A program made the translations under genes and the position numbers. The notes beneath the pieces were generated by a model, which did not search any database, had not been told where the DNA came from, and saw only the letters and a program-made list of their open reading frames with translations. Below, in pieces: positions 1 to 11,585 of a DNA stretch of 64,000 bases. Numbering within the stretch: position 1 is the first letter of the stretch; each line of letters opens with the position of its first letter. The DNA comes from Phoronis australis (Eukaryota > Animalia > Phoronida), in contig NMRA01000542.1 in assembly GCA_002633005.1 (NCBI GenBank), forward strand, positions 186,001 to 250,000, written 5' to 3'.

Positions 1-288
1 TTTACACTGAAACAATTTTTCATTTAAACAACAAAACATGAGATGCTTTCAACAGTTGTTAGTCACTGATGAGTGAAATATATATGGCAATATAACACCA
101 TGATTTTATCGACTTTGCAAGGTACTGCCTTACTGACAAGCTTCGTCAATTCGGAATGGGGGAAATAAATGGAGCACATTCAGATATTTGTTAGCCTAAT
201 TATAAAACAATGGATAAACAATGTCAATTAACTGATCTTGTTCACAAGTGTATAAATGCATGTAGGTGGTAAAGTAATCAACACATAC

Positions 289-3200
289 CACATTAGGGCT
301 GTCCCAGGCACTCGAACTGTTGGTACGAGCTGGCTTTAGACCTGTCTTCATATTTCTATGAGAGATAAAACTAATAAAGAACAAGAAGGAAGGGAAATAT
401 ATCAAAAACATATATCTGACGCTGCAGTCCAAAAACGAAAAAATAGAAAAGAATGGTGATCCACAAATTATAAACTGCAACATGTAGCACAAAATCTCCA
501 TAATGTGTCTCACAACATTAGGTGTAAGCAAGACAAGACAATTACAGTGAAGTAGGAGCTAACAACTGCCAAGACTAATAAAAATCAGTTTAATTTATTA
601 TGCAAGACACTTAATTACTAGTCGTACAGCTCAAAACATTACTAGATACTTAGCAATTTACCCAAGCAAGGGATTACTTGTAATTCATTCGTACCTTGTT
701 CTAGATTTCTGGGATGAGTCAGATGCATTACCGTCACTAACGTAACCTTGTGACCTTTGACTTCCAACTGAAGAAGATCTGGACCTATTGCCTCGATTTC
801 CTAAAAAGCATTGAGATGAATATTTCAAATCGGTAGTACTTTTATAGTCAGTGAAAATATGCCACACGTATCATAATCAGAAGGAGATATTTTACTAGTT
901 CCAGTGATTTACAAGAAATACCGAGATTTTATTCTCATATTCTAGACTTACCTTTCAAGTACCCTGGGGAAGACCTGGATTTCTCCGCACTGCCTCGATT
1001 ACTAGGCTGCAAAATTCTTTGCCTAAATAAGCAGAAACAAAAAACAGAACAATAAAAAAGCCACAGTGTTGTCCAAGCAAAAAAATGCAATATGACTTTT
1101 GACGCCAACGTAAATAAACTCGTGCATTCACTGACCTACGCACACATCTCCGTTGTACACCCAATCCAGTTTCATTGAGAAAAGGAACATTGTATGTGTA
1201 CAGCAAAGCTTATAAAAAGATCAAAGAAAACAAAGCTACAAAATAAGCATGCAAAGTGACCAATTGTTTTCACTTGTGACCAACACATTCACCAAGATGA
1301 AAGAGAAACATTGCTTAATTCCTCTTTGTCAATACAGCTTTGTTAATGTGACAAGATGTCACACCAATTTCATGAGCGTACAAACCATACCCTTTCCCCT
1401 CCCCCCAAAGCATATGAAAATGGGAATATTTTTGGGGTCTATGTTTTTTATCAAGTATACTGTCTTCAAAGTTATACGCCAGTATTGGTATAAAAATAGA
1501 ATATTATTTTCATGATTAATTCTTTGTGTATTTTGTTTTTGCCAGGTTGGATCTTGGTAAAATTTCTGTTATTGGCTGTTTTGTCACGTTTTAACAACGT
1601 GAAAAAGTTGTTTGGCTGTTCTTGCAAAAGTGAAACATTTTAAGAGCAAATCATAATAGTGATTGGAGCACATTGCATAAAACGTTGTATTGCCTTTCAT
1701 TTGAATCTGATCAGCCATTTCTGAGATATGATGTTCGGAGGTTAGACAAAATTGGATGGTTTTGTTACGATATCTACCACTAGGTGGCGACAGTTACTGG
1801 TAGTCCTACATAACCTTAAGAGAGAAATTTAAAATAGAAAGTACAAACCTTTTTGCATTAACCTCTCCCTGCTTCCTTTCCCTATCTTTTATATAAGCTG
1901 TTGGGTCAAATCGCGGTTTCCGTGTGCCTACAACAAGAAATTCCACATTGACTATTTTACGATTATTGATTTGTTGGATACCTGCCAGATGCCGGCTAGC
2001 TAAGCACAATGAAATCAAACCAGAGAGCATAACCTCCATTTGCAGCCAGCAAGTGGCAAGGAAAATGTATATCCCACAATTCTCTTAACTGTAAAAAGGT
2101 TCGTGGTTAGCATTATAAAAGAGAAATAGATTTGTATTCTGTGAGACATGAGACAGCATAAAACAGTCTTGTATTAAACAAAAATTAACTTTTCAAAATA
2201 ACCATTTGACTCTTGATTTATAATCTGAACCGTGACATCTAGAACACAAAATGGATGACAAGTGCAATTTTTCATTAAAAAATGATAAAACCGAACAAAT
2301 GCTATACCATAGCAACCACCAACCAATGATGCTGAAAAATGGACATTCACAACAATGTTAGCAGATTTTTTGGTAGTTATTTATGTCCAAAACTGGTAAA
2401 ACTTTACTGTACAATACCGCTTTAGTATACTGAGTGTCCTCAAATGCTCAAACTTATTTATACTGGCTAATAACATAGTTACAAATTCTGTGATAAATGT
2501 CGAACAGCAATTGTGAATCAACATTACGTTATTGCACGACTACTGACAATCACATGGACAGATTTACAAAACAGGCGAGATTCAAAACTTACAAACCAAA
2601 AGAAGAACAGATACAATAAAATTATTTTAACAAAGTACTTGTACATTAACTCGATTAGTTTCAGTTATTCACACATGTACCATATGGCACTTCTTAAAGA
2701 CATAGTAGATCGTACAACAAAGTTCTGATTTTTAGTATACCAATAATGCCATTCACCTGCAGGTGATGGATTTCGCCTCAAACTTCCCTGTGAACCCTCG
2801 TATGACCCACGGCGTTCTCTTGACGTTGACCTGTTGTATAGCCTATCCCTAGTAGGGGGCCTTCCTCTACTGGCAGGCCGCTCCTTGGAAGTTGACCGCT
2901 CTCTTTGAAAAGATGTCCGTGTGCGGTCAGTAGAAGATGACCTTCGTTGCTCTTGCTGTGAACTTCTTTGACTGCCAAACATTGCCGGTGATTTACTTTG
3001 CCGCCTATGAAAAAATGTAACTATTTTTTTCACTATACAGCTCAACAATCAATTTTAACAGTTGAAATAACTCGGGGAAAAAATTAGTGGCTACAAAAAT
3101 ACCTTCCATTACAAAAAAACAACTTTTGATTGAGACCATTTACTGTAAAATTGGCCTCAGAAATTTCTTAACCATTATCCTGCACTAGGCGACATCCTAT

Positions 3201-6200
3201 TACAATACCTTTAGTGTACTCAATCGAATATGATAAGCTGCACTCACCCCAGTGCACTTGTGACTTTCATTCAGAAATTGTAAGAGTCCTGGAATGTATA
3301 TATCCATGTCTACCATAATATAACACAAAAAGAACACAATACACTGATAAATCTTTAGTCATAACAAATGCCAACATCAACAGTAGAAATAAAAAATACC
3401 TTTTGTACATGGCAAGTTCATTTGTAAGACTTTTCACCCTGACCTTTAGATTTCGTTCCGAAGACCGAAGTTCTTCAACCTGCAAACATTCAAAATTTCT
3501 TATACAATATTTGACCTTTCATCAAAGAATTATGTGTTATGCTAGAATTTTATGTCTGCAATGTTAGTTTCGATCTAAGTGTCTGATACCATGGTCTTTT
3601 AGTGTTACCATTTGGTTGCATGAACATGAACAAAAAACAAGGACAATGAACATACTGATGAAAGCTAATCCGCCGTGGTCGATATATCTCGCAAATCAAT
3701 TTCATTTTAGTCATGAGTACAGTCCTAACTTACTTTACTACGGACGATGAAGTCCATAACAAATAATGAAATTGCCTTTTCGAAAGGGAATTACTGAATT
3801 TTGACTATTTCATTGAATCAACTGGTTCATTTGATGCTACATAAGCTATTTTCAAAAAAACGACTAGAAATGGTTTACAGTAAAATAGCATCAACTTAGG
3901 ACACAGTATGACAGACAAGTGAAATTAATTTTTTTTCAAACAAGAAGCACAGAATAAGGCCTTTATCAGTCTTATGTGCATCATAGTTGTGATTAGACAA
4001 TGTTTTGAGAAACTGTGTAAGAAAATGAAACACAACTAAATTTGACAATTAGTTCTGTCCAAAATTAGAGATTTTATCATACCTAGCTTTTTGAAGCCAT
4101 TAAAACTTACAGAAAAGCTGTTTATTTATTAATAGACAATGATATCAATTACAAATGAGCAAAAATGAGAAACCAACGACAATTTATCTGCTTAAGGTAA
4201 TTATCAATCCTCCTAATCACACTTCTACTTCTCAAGCTACACCTGTAATAACGTGACTGACATTTTCAAGCTATACCTGTAATAACGTGACTGACATTTT
4301 CAAGCTATACCTGTAATAACGTGACCGACATTTTCAAGCTATACCTGTAATAACGTGACCGACATTTTCAAGCTATACCTGTAATAATGTGACTGACATT
4401 TTCAAGCTATACCTGTAATAATGTGACTGACATTTTCAAGCTATACCTGTAATAATGTGACTGACATTTTCAAGCTATACCTGTAATAATGTGACTGACA
4501 TTTTTGTGAAAATTGTAATTTTTGCTTTGTTTTTTTTTTAAAAATTTTGTGTTTGGAGAATATATTCTTACTGTCAATATGTAGGAAACACTACCTTAGA
4601 ATTTTGTTTTACCCTCAAACAAGTGATATTCGTCGTCAAAGTCCCTTTTGATCCTAAGTTTTTATTTTGGAGATCTAATATCTCCTTCGTTCAAAGAGAA
4701 ATAAACAAATTTTTGATAACGGTTTTCTCGACCGTAGACCATGAAACAACTGAACACAATTTTGTGCTAATGGAGCCATGCAATAAAGAGAAATCAATGT
4801 TCAAGCCTGTAAAAAAGGGCCAAAATTAAAAAAGCATGAAAATAGCCAAATGTAATATGCCACATAACTGATCTCGTTCCAAACAATTTGCATATTTGGC
4901 ATGTATATAATGCATTTACAAGAGCACTGTACAGTTTTGAATCCAACAAGAACGACACAAGACAAGAGTGACTTGAAAGGTCCAAACAAAACCCTCAAAT
5001 CTGGTACATTCAAACAAGACTTCTTAAGTTGATCAAATGCATTGCATTACCATTTGATGAACTAAAGATTCTATAAGTTATGGGCAACAGTTTGTTTGAT
5101 TCATTCCCCTTCCTGACGAAAGTCTTACTTCTTGCAACAATTGTCGATATTCTTGACTTCTTTTGCTTGCTGACCTCTGGTGCCTGTTTTTCTCCTTCAT
5201 GAGGTCTGACTCTAAATTTTTTACCATACTTTTCAAGACTTTTATTTCCTTAGCCGCACCACCCACGGTTGTGCTTCGAACTTCCTTTTTGTATTCTGAG
5301 AACTCACTCTCTATAGTTTCTTTCTCTTCCAACACGAGATCATAACTGCAGCAATAAAAAGTAAAAACAAAATAATGCTTAACCTGCTTATAATGAAAAA
5401 ATATTCAACATGACTTTTATCTCACACACTACATAAGCAATAAAGTACACAGAAATGTTAAAAATATTCAGTGCGTATTGCAGCTTAACTAATTAACATT
5501 TAACTCCTGTTTCGAAATTTACCAGCTGAAAGCAAAATCACTGTTAACAAAGGACCCGTTTTGCAGCCCCATCACTGGGGGGGGGGCTATCGTTAAGTTA
5601 TGTTGAGTGTGCTGTGCCTTTACTGTAACAATTAATAGACTACTATTTCCCATTTTCAAAAACAGTGAAATCCATTCCATTGAACATAAATTAATTTTCC
5701 ACTTTATAAAGTAACAAAATCTATTTCTCACTTTCAAAGTGATAAAAATCATGAAATGAATGGTGAAATGATTAGGGCTGTTCCAGTAAAATCGGTGTGG
5801 GAGGGGGGGGGGGGACGGCAGTAGAAATAAAAATTCATGGGNTGGGTGGTTGTTCCTGTAAGAAGTGATGCATTAAAAATGGGTTTACCTGTTAATGTTC
5901 ACAGGTTGGTTACTTCACCCTCAAAACTCAACAAAATGCAATTGGCATATATCCTAACTTATCCCAAAACAAAAAAGCCCATATTGCCAGTGCAATATGT
6001 TCACTAAGCCATTAATCAAGTCATGGGCAACTTGATTTGAGACAACCGTTTGTCTGCAGTCCTATTGTATTGAAAAGTTATGCAACACTAAACTGGTTTA
6101 AACACATATAAGAAAATTGATGATTTTTAAACAAAAAGTATGAGGAGTAAGATAAACTAGTTCCAATATTCACTTGACATAGAAGTATAAAAGAGTTCGT

Positions 6201-9200
6201 GGAGACAGTTTGAGATTCATAGATCTGAATAATTGAAAAAATGTTCATTGAAATTATAGACACATGGTGAACAGAGACACCTGGTGGCTGCCAAAAGTAT
6301 TGCTCACAGGCTACTTTAGTTTTTGACAATATTGGGCAAGACAACTAGTTCTTGTCTGTCAATTATCTAAGTTCTTAACAGGTCCTCCTGGAGGCAATTT
6401 GTTTGCAAGTGTTGGATTTTATATTTTAACCTATCAAAAATAATTAAAAAATTATGGGTCATGGGTTGGAGAAATAAATGAAAAATATGGACGGTGGGTA
6501 CAAAATAAAAGTGCCTTCCCCCCCCCTCCCATACAGATTTTGCTGGAACAGCCCTTAGGGAATTGCCTTACTTCTCCAGAATTATGCCACAACTGCATTT
6601 TACATACTGTATGCCAAGTTTATTTATATTACCACCTTCTGAAATAATGAACAACTTAAATATGCGAAACAACCATTGATTGCTTGTGGCCAGAATAGTG
6701 AAGTTTAATTTTTGGTAATTAAAAAGGGAAATATTAGAAGGATTAGAAATATGGATTCTATTGAAACATGTGAATTGCATTCGAAACCTCTAATTCCATG
6801 AAAGACGTCAGATTTCATGTCTTCTGTCTCCATATTATTCATTTATAGATCAAACAATAATCTTCATTTTCCTAACACATGAAATGGCCACAACTTACTT
6901 TTTCTGTAGTTTCTCCAGTTCAGCCTGTAAACACTCACTGTCCACACGGTTCCCTCGCAACATCCTTATTTCATTTCTGAGCTCGCTGACCACGTCCTGT
7001 AGATGGCGAGGGCTCTGCTTGCCCGCATACGGCAGTGGCAAAGGATAATGTATCCTGAAACATTTTGATGATTTTGATAAAACAGTGAACTTGAAAATGC
7101 TTTCATGAACAATAATTTGGTAAATAATGGTTCTTGGTAATAAGTCAACTCTAAGAAATCCTATGAAAGAATGTGGTAAGAGTTTGCCCCTACATTTGAT
7201 TTGGTATGGAAAACAGAGCTAGCCATATACGACCATCTTGCACAGACCAAAAAAGGGTGTCCACCTCTTGTATCTGTCAATTGTATCATATCACAGCTCA
7301 AGATATGCACAGGTTGCATTTAAGGAACCAAGTTAGCAAAATAGTTTGTGTGGAGTGGGATAAAAGCATAATCTGGCATAACATCATGAAAGGCCTGAGC
7401 GTGGAAGACCAGCATGAGGCCATACATACCTCGGAAAAAGCTCGGATGGATTCCCACTGTGCAGTAACAAGTTAGTGACAATACCTCAGTGGAGCAACAG
7501 GTTAGTGACAATACCTCAGTGGAGCAACAGGTTAGTGACAATACCTCAGTGGAGCAACAGATTAGTGACAACACGTCAGTGGAGCAGGAACAAATCCCCC
7601 TTTCTTCCTTGTCTTCCAAAAGGTCAGGTTATTCGCAAATCAACATTTCGGAATTTTTTGTTGGGTCATTGTACGACTTTTGATAGGTTCATGTCACATC
7701 ACAGAAATTTCAAAGATATTATGACATTCCATTTACACATGAAACTTTCAAAGCTGGATGCATTTCTGTATGAATGATAAAGATTCACTTTTCAACAAAA
7801 ATCACTCATTCCAAATGATCGCCTGGACTTGATGGAAAAAAAAATGGTGGAACCTTCACCTTTAATTTTATAACAAACATGGCAAACCATCACATTAAAT
7901 TCTCTAACAATATATATGCAGTGTATCCATTGACTGTAGACATACACAAACCTGTCAAATTCAACTGTGTACGTTAATATAAGGTATCTCTTTGTGTTCA
8001 GTCCACTGGATTTACTGGTTACTGTAGGTCTATGACCACCTCCTGTCTTCTTGTCTCTAAGTGACTCCAGGTCAGAGTAGGTGAGTAAATCTAATGACAC
8101 GCTGTCACTGGTCTGTAAACACACAACTTGAAGTAAATGAATTTTCAACCTCATTGGTGTTAAATTATTCTTTATTTAACTGTGCTTCTCAAATTCAGAA
8201 TACCAAAAATTGTCATAAAATGTTCCTGATTTTTACCATCCCTGTGACACTGTAAAACACTAAAATGTCAAACACAAGAAATTTTATCGTCAGTGCCATG
8301 GCTGGACAGTCAATGATCTAAAGGTATTTTGCTTTGAATTCAGACAACTAGAACCAAACACGAGTTTATGTTTACGTATCTGTAACACTATTCCCTAGGT
8401 GAACAGTACTCAAATTCCAAGAAGACAGCCAAGACTGTTAATGAACTAAACTGAGTCTGACAATTTAGTTGAAAAATTAGATACCTGATTGAGTGCAGAC
8501 TCCAACATGCTTACAAAAATAGAAAACTGTTTGAAGTTTCCAGTTTTGTGCGTTATGTCTTCAATGTCTGAAATGAGAAATCACGCAAAACAAATGCTTA
8601 TTGCCTCAATGATAATAGACCTACAACACCAGATACTTTTATTGTCACAAGTCTCTTTACTTTGAAAATGCTGTAATTCAACATTGAATGATTCTGGATC
8701 AAAAGTGCTCAACACACTACCAAGTAGTGTAACAAAGACTAATTTTCTGAATAAAACATCTAAAGCCTCACGTGTCCCTGTTAAGCTGACTAAAAAATAA
8801 GCCTTTTACTCTCACAAAATCGATATTTCTCTATTTCCAGGATGAAGAAGACACATAGTGGTTGGCCAAGAATAAAATTAGAAAATGGCATATGTATGCA
8901 TTGTCTGTTACTTGAGTAGGAAACGGAAACAGAATTGTATGATAGCAAGAAATACAGTTACGATGCCGAGTTTTTGGGAGTAAAAGGCCTAACTTGATAT
9001 TTTTGGCTTGCTACACAGGGTGAAAAGCAGTTCTAAAATAGACAGAAACACGGCTTCACAAAAACAATTTTTGATTTAGATCACCTGCCATTTTGAAAAT
9101 GATATCAAATTATTCCTTAGTCAAATTCGGTGGTGATTTTGAGGCTTCGAAAAGACTGATAACTAGCTTGATATTGCTAGAGACCAGGCTTTATAAGTTG

Positions 9201-9655
9201 GCTTGTCATGGCATGTCATTTTAAGCACTGAGGTTGGTCTTAACTCTCAAAGAGTAACGAACTGTCAGTTCTTTGCAAGCCCATAAATCCCCTCTCGTCT
9301 GAGTACAGAACAACTTGAGACCAATTTTATTGTGGTTAGTGATCTAAATTAAAAATTTGCTTCTTGGAAGCAACACGGCTTAATAGACGCTTATATAGAT
9401 GATAAATAAATATTTACATGAGCCAAGCAAATTTGTAAAAAACATTAAAGTGATACTTTTAAAATGACTGCACCATTCGGAAGAAAAAAGATAATTACAA
9501 GCAGAATCAAACGTTCCTCTCCATAACTCTCCAACCAATGGATCTTCTACTTCCACCTCGATGGACTCTTCTCCATTGATTTTCATTGTGACAACATAGT
9601 CAACTCCTCTAAACCAGTAGTTCCCACGAATAACATTATCATCTTCTAAATCCAT
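289..9655 (-). CDS. CCDC61: Coiled-coil domain-containing protein 61 (CCDC61/VFL3, centrosomal SAS6-like head plus coiled coil); 3'-partial, continues beyond position 1
   Basis: Eleven phase-consistent GT-AG exons: 9655-9499, 8567-8485, 8112-7952, 7054-6899, 5345-5129, 3479-3400, 3004-2757, 1927-1849, 1022-952, 800-695, 355-289 (475 codons). The translation contains family motifs WRGTFDSAYIEDITHKTGNFKQF, SVSLDLLTYSDLESLR, KRYLILTYTVEFDRIHYPLPLPY, ELRSSERNLKVRVKSLTNEL and RFDPTAYIK. A possible extra 5' mini-exon lies at 10474-10453. Confidence 0.93.
4232..4503. repeat. Minisatellite, 34 bp x 8
   Basis: Unit TCAAGCTATACCTGTAATAAyGTGACyGACATTT. Confidence 0.95.
5775..6554. mobile_element. Non-autonomous PIF/Harbinger-like DNA transposon in a CCDC61 intron
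   Basis: TIRs of about 33 bp (GGGCTGTTCCAGyAAAATCkGTrTGGGAGGGGG) flanked by a TTA target-site duplication at 5772-5774 and 6555-6557; no internal transposase ORF. Confidence 0.8.
7462..7587. repeat. Minisatellite, 30 bp x ~4
   Basis: Unit GTTAGTGACAATACCTCAGTGGAGCAACAG. Confidence 0.92.
9180..9325. repeat. Interspersed repeat, homolog at ~31990-32120
   Basis: Shared AACTGTCAGTTCTTTGCAA...TCTC.TCTGAGTA..GAACAA.TTGAGA block. Confidence 0.55.
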
Positions 9656-10444
9656 CTTGATTGCTGTTTAAATCATTTGCAGCGAGTATTTAACAGTACA
9701 TCAGACCACATAGGAATTCAAACTTGCAAAGTTTGAAAACTGGTGTGCAGACACTTCTTAAGTTTAGGTAGCAGCTTCTTACATCCAACTAAAAAAACAT
9801 TTGATGAAACAATCCTCTTGAGATTGAATAACTTTTTAATGGGTTAAACTGTGTCGAAAGTCAAACACTGCAACTACAAGAGCACCAAAAATTAGCTGCA
9901 TTCAGCAACTGGTTTCCAGTCATCCAGGTGGTGTGGTGGGATCAGATCCTTCTTTTGTTTTCCTTTCACTTAGCGCAACTGTACACTCCAGTCCAACATA
10001 ACCAGTATATCTTGCCTTATCTTGACAGACAAACTCAAAATAGCAGTGTGACAGCAGTTTTCCGTTTTAGCTGCTTTTAGCAATCAGGTTCGAAATACCG
10101 AATGTTAAAAGACCGAGCACAATAAGCTTTGCTTCAGTCTGAAAACAGTGGATAAGTCGACCAGAAGTTCAGATTGCTCCAACAGCTAAGTTCAAGACAG
10201 AAGAGCGGTCACTCAAACAAATTCAGAACAGAATTCACACTTCAAGTTCAGAGTATCGCCTATCGGAGTGAGACTGAGAGCACCTGTCGATTAAAAAAAG
10301 CAATCTAACACAAATAGGTCACTTGGATTTCTTAAAAAAGTTTCCAGCTACTTCTTTACATTTGTGTATAGTTATTTAATTTTAGCTTGACGAAGCTCCA
10401 ATGTCTTCTATCTGAATGAACAATCAGCAAACATTCGTCTTTGA

Positions 10445-10510
10445 GCACCGACCGGAAAACCAAGACTCCGCCATTTTTTCAAAACAATACTCGCACATGC
10501 GCAGTGTACT
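10445..10510 (-). promoter_or_regulatory. CCDC61 core promoter / first-exon region
   Basis: YY1-type CCGCCATTTT at 10468-10477, NRF1-like GCACATGCGCA at 10493-10503 and ETS-like CCGGAA at 10452, in a locally CpG-rich patch upstream of CCDC61. Confidence 0.55.
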
Positions 10511-10706
10511 CTACCACGATCGACCTCTTTCGGCGACTATTTATCTAATTTCCCTCTCTAGATGCGGATGTTCCACTGCATGTGTAATGTGCGAAAGGTT
10601 CCGCCCGGGGGATTTAATTTTAGAGGTGCTCTGCCTAATTAGAAAGTTTCATCCCATGAATTGCATACCCGAGACAATAACTAAGAGAATTCCTAACACG
10701 CAGCAA

Positions 10707-10807
10707 TTTGTGTCAAATACTATTAGGCAATGACCATCGCCTCTGTTGGCCCAAACGGCGGGCCAACAGAGGCGATGGTCATTGCCTAAAATACTATTTG
10801 ACACAAA
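10707..10807. repeat. Perfect 30-bp inverted repeat (hairpin) with a 13-bp outer arm
   Basis: TTAGGCAATGACCATCGCCTCTGTTGGCCC (10723-10752), loop AAACGGC, exact reverse complement (10760-10789); outer TTTGTGTCAAATA / TATTTGACACAAA. Confidence 0.9.
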
Positions 10808-11127
10808 CTATTGAAAACTATTTGAAATAGTACGACTAATCGAAAATCAACATCGAACAAACTAAAACGATACATATAAGACAGCTATATAGACTTAAGA
10901 AAAGTCAGGAACCCCGGAAAATACAAGATGCGTAGGCTAACTAAAACAAAGTCATAAATAGATAAAATAGATGCTGGAATGCTATGCAGTTACTGACGGA
11001 TAAGAATATAAAATAGTGAAAGTAAAATGTCGAGCGTCGGTAATCAAATATATTAGAATATTCCCCACGTTTTAGTACCGACACTCGTCGTTTTACTTTT
11101 TACTATTTAATGAATGATAGTAATAGT

Positions 11128-11585
11128 AATAGTAAAAGTAAAACAACGAGCGTCGGCAGTAAAATGTATTAAAATATTCCCCACGTTTCGAGCGGTACGC
11201 TTTTTATTAGGGGCATGACACACATGGGCGCACTCACTGAGGGGGGGGGGGCAATTTGGTGAATTGAGCAAAAAGGCCACCCTCAGTGAAACGAAAAGTC
11301 GGAGTCCGCCCGACGAGACAAAAGACCACACGGGAAGTCGGCGTGGATGTACAATTCGTGGGCCTGACCTGATTTCTTTCAGTAAAAGGTCGATCCGCAT
11401 ATCGAAAAATTCGAGCACTCCTATATTTTAGGCTGGGTGCGCACATGACACGGACTGCCAACGGATAGTAAATAGGCAGTCTGCGTCATGCTCTTGGTAA
11501 CCCCAAAGAGCGCCACGCTCGAAACGTGGGTAAATAATTAATATAAGTAGGCCTACATGGACGCTCGTCCGTTTTACTTTAAATT
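11128..11585. mobile_element. Nested non-autonomous TIR elements (outer AAAGTAAAAC..CGAGCGTC termini; inner hAT-like CATGGGCGCAC element at 11223-11447)
   Basis: Inverted copies of the outer terminus at ~11134 and ~11560-11580. Inner TIRs CATGGGCGCACTCA / TGGGTGCGCACATG. A shorter self-complementary derivative of the outer element lies adjacent at 11011-11108. Confidence 0.5.

Noticed and set aside
7320-7777. Repetitive ORFs on both strands (CCSTEVLSLT / VEQQVSDNTS)
   Set aside because: Products of a 30-bp intronic minisatellite whose length is a multiple of three; CCDC61 exons 3 and 4 join in phase without them.
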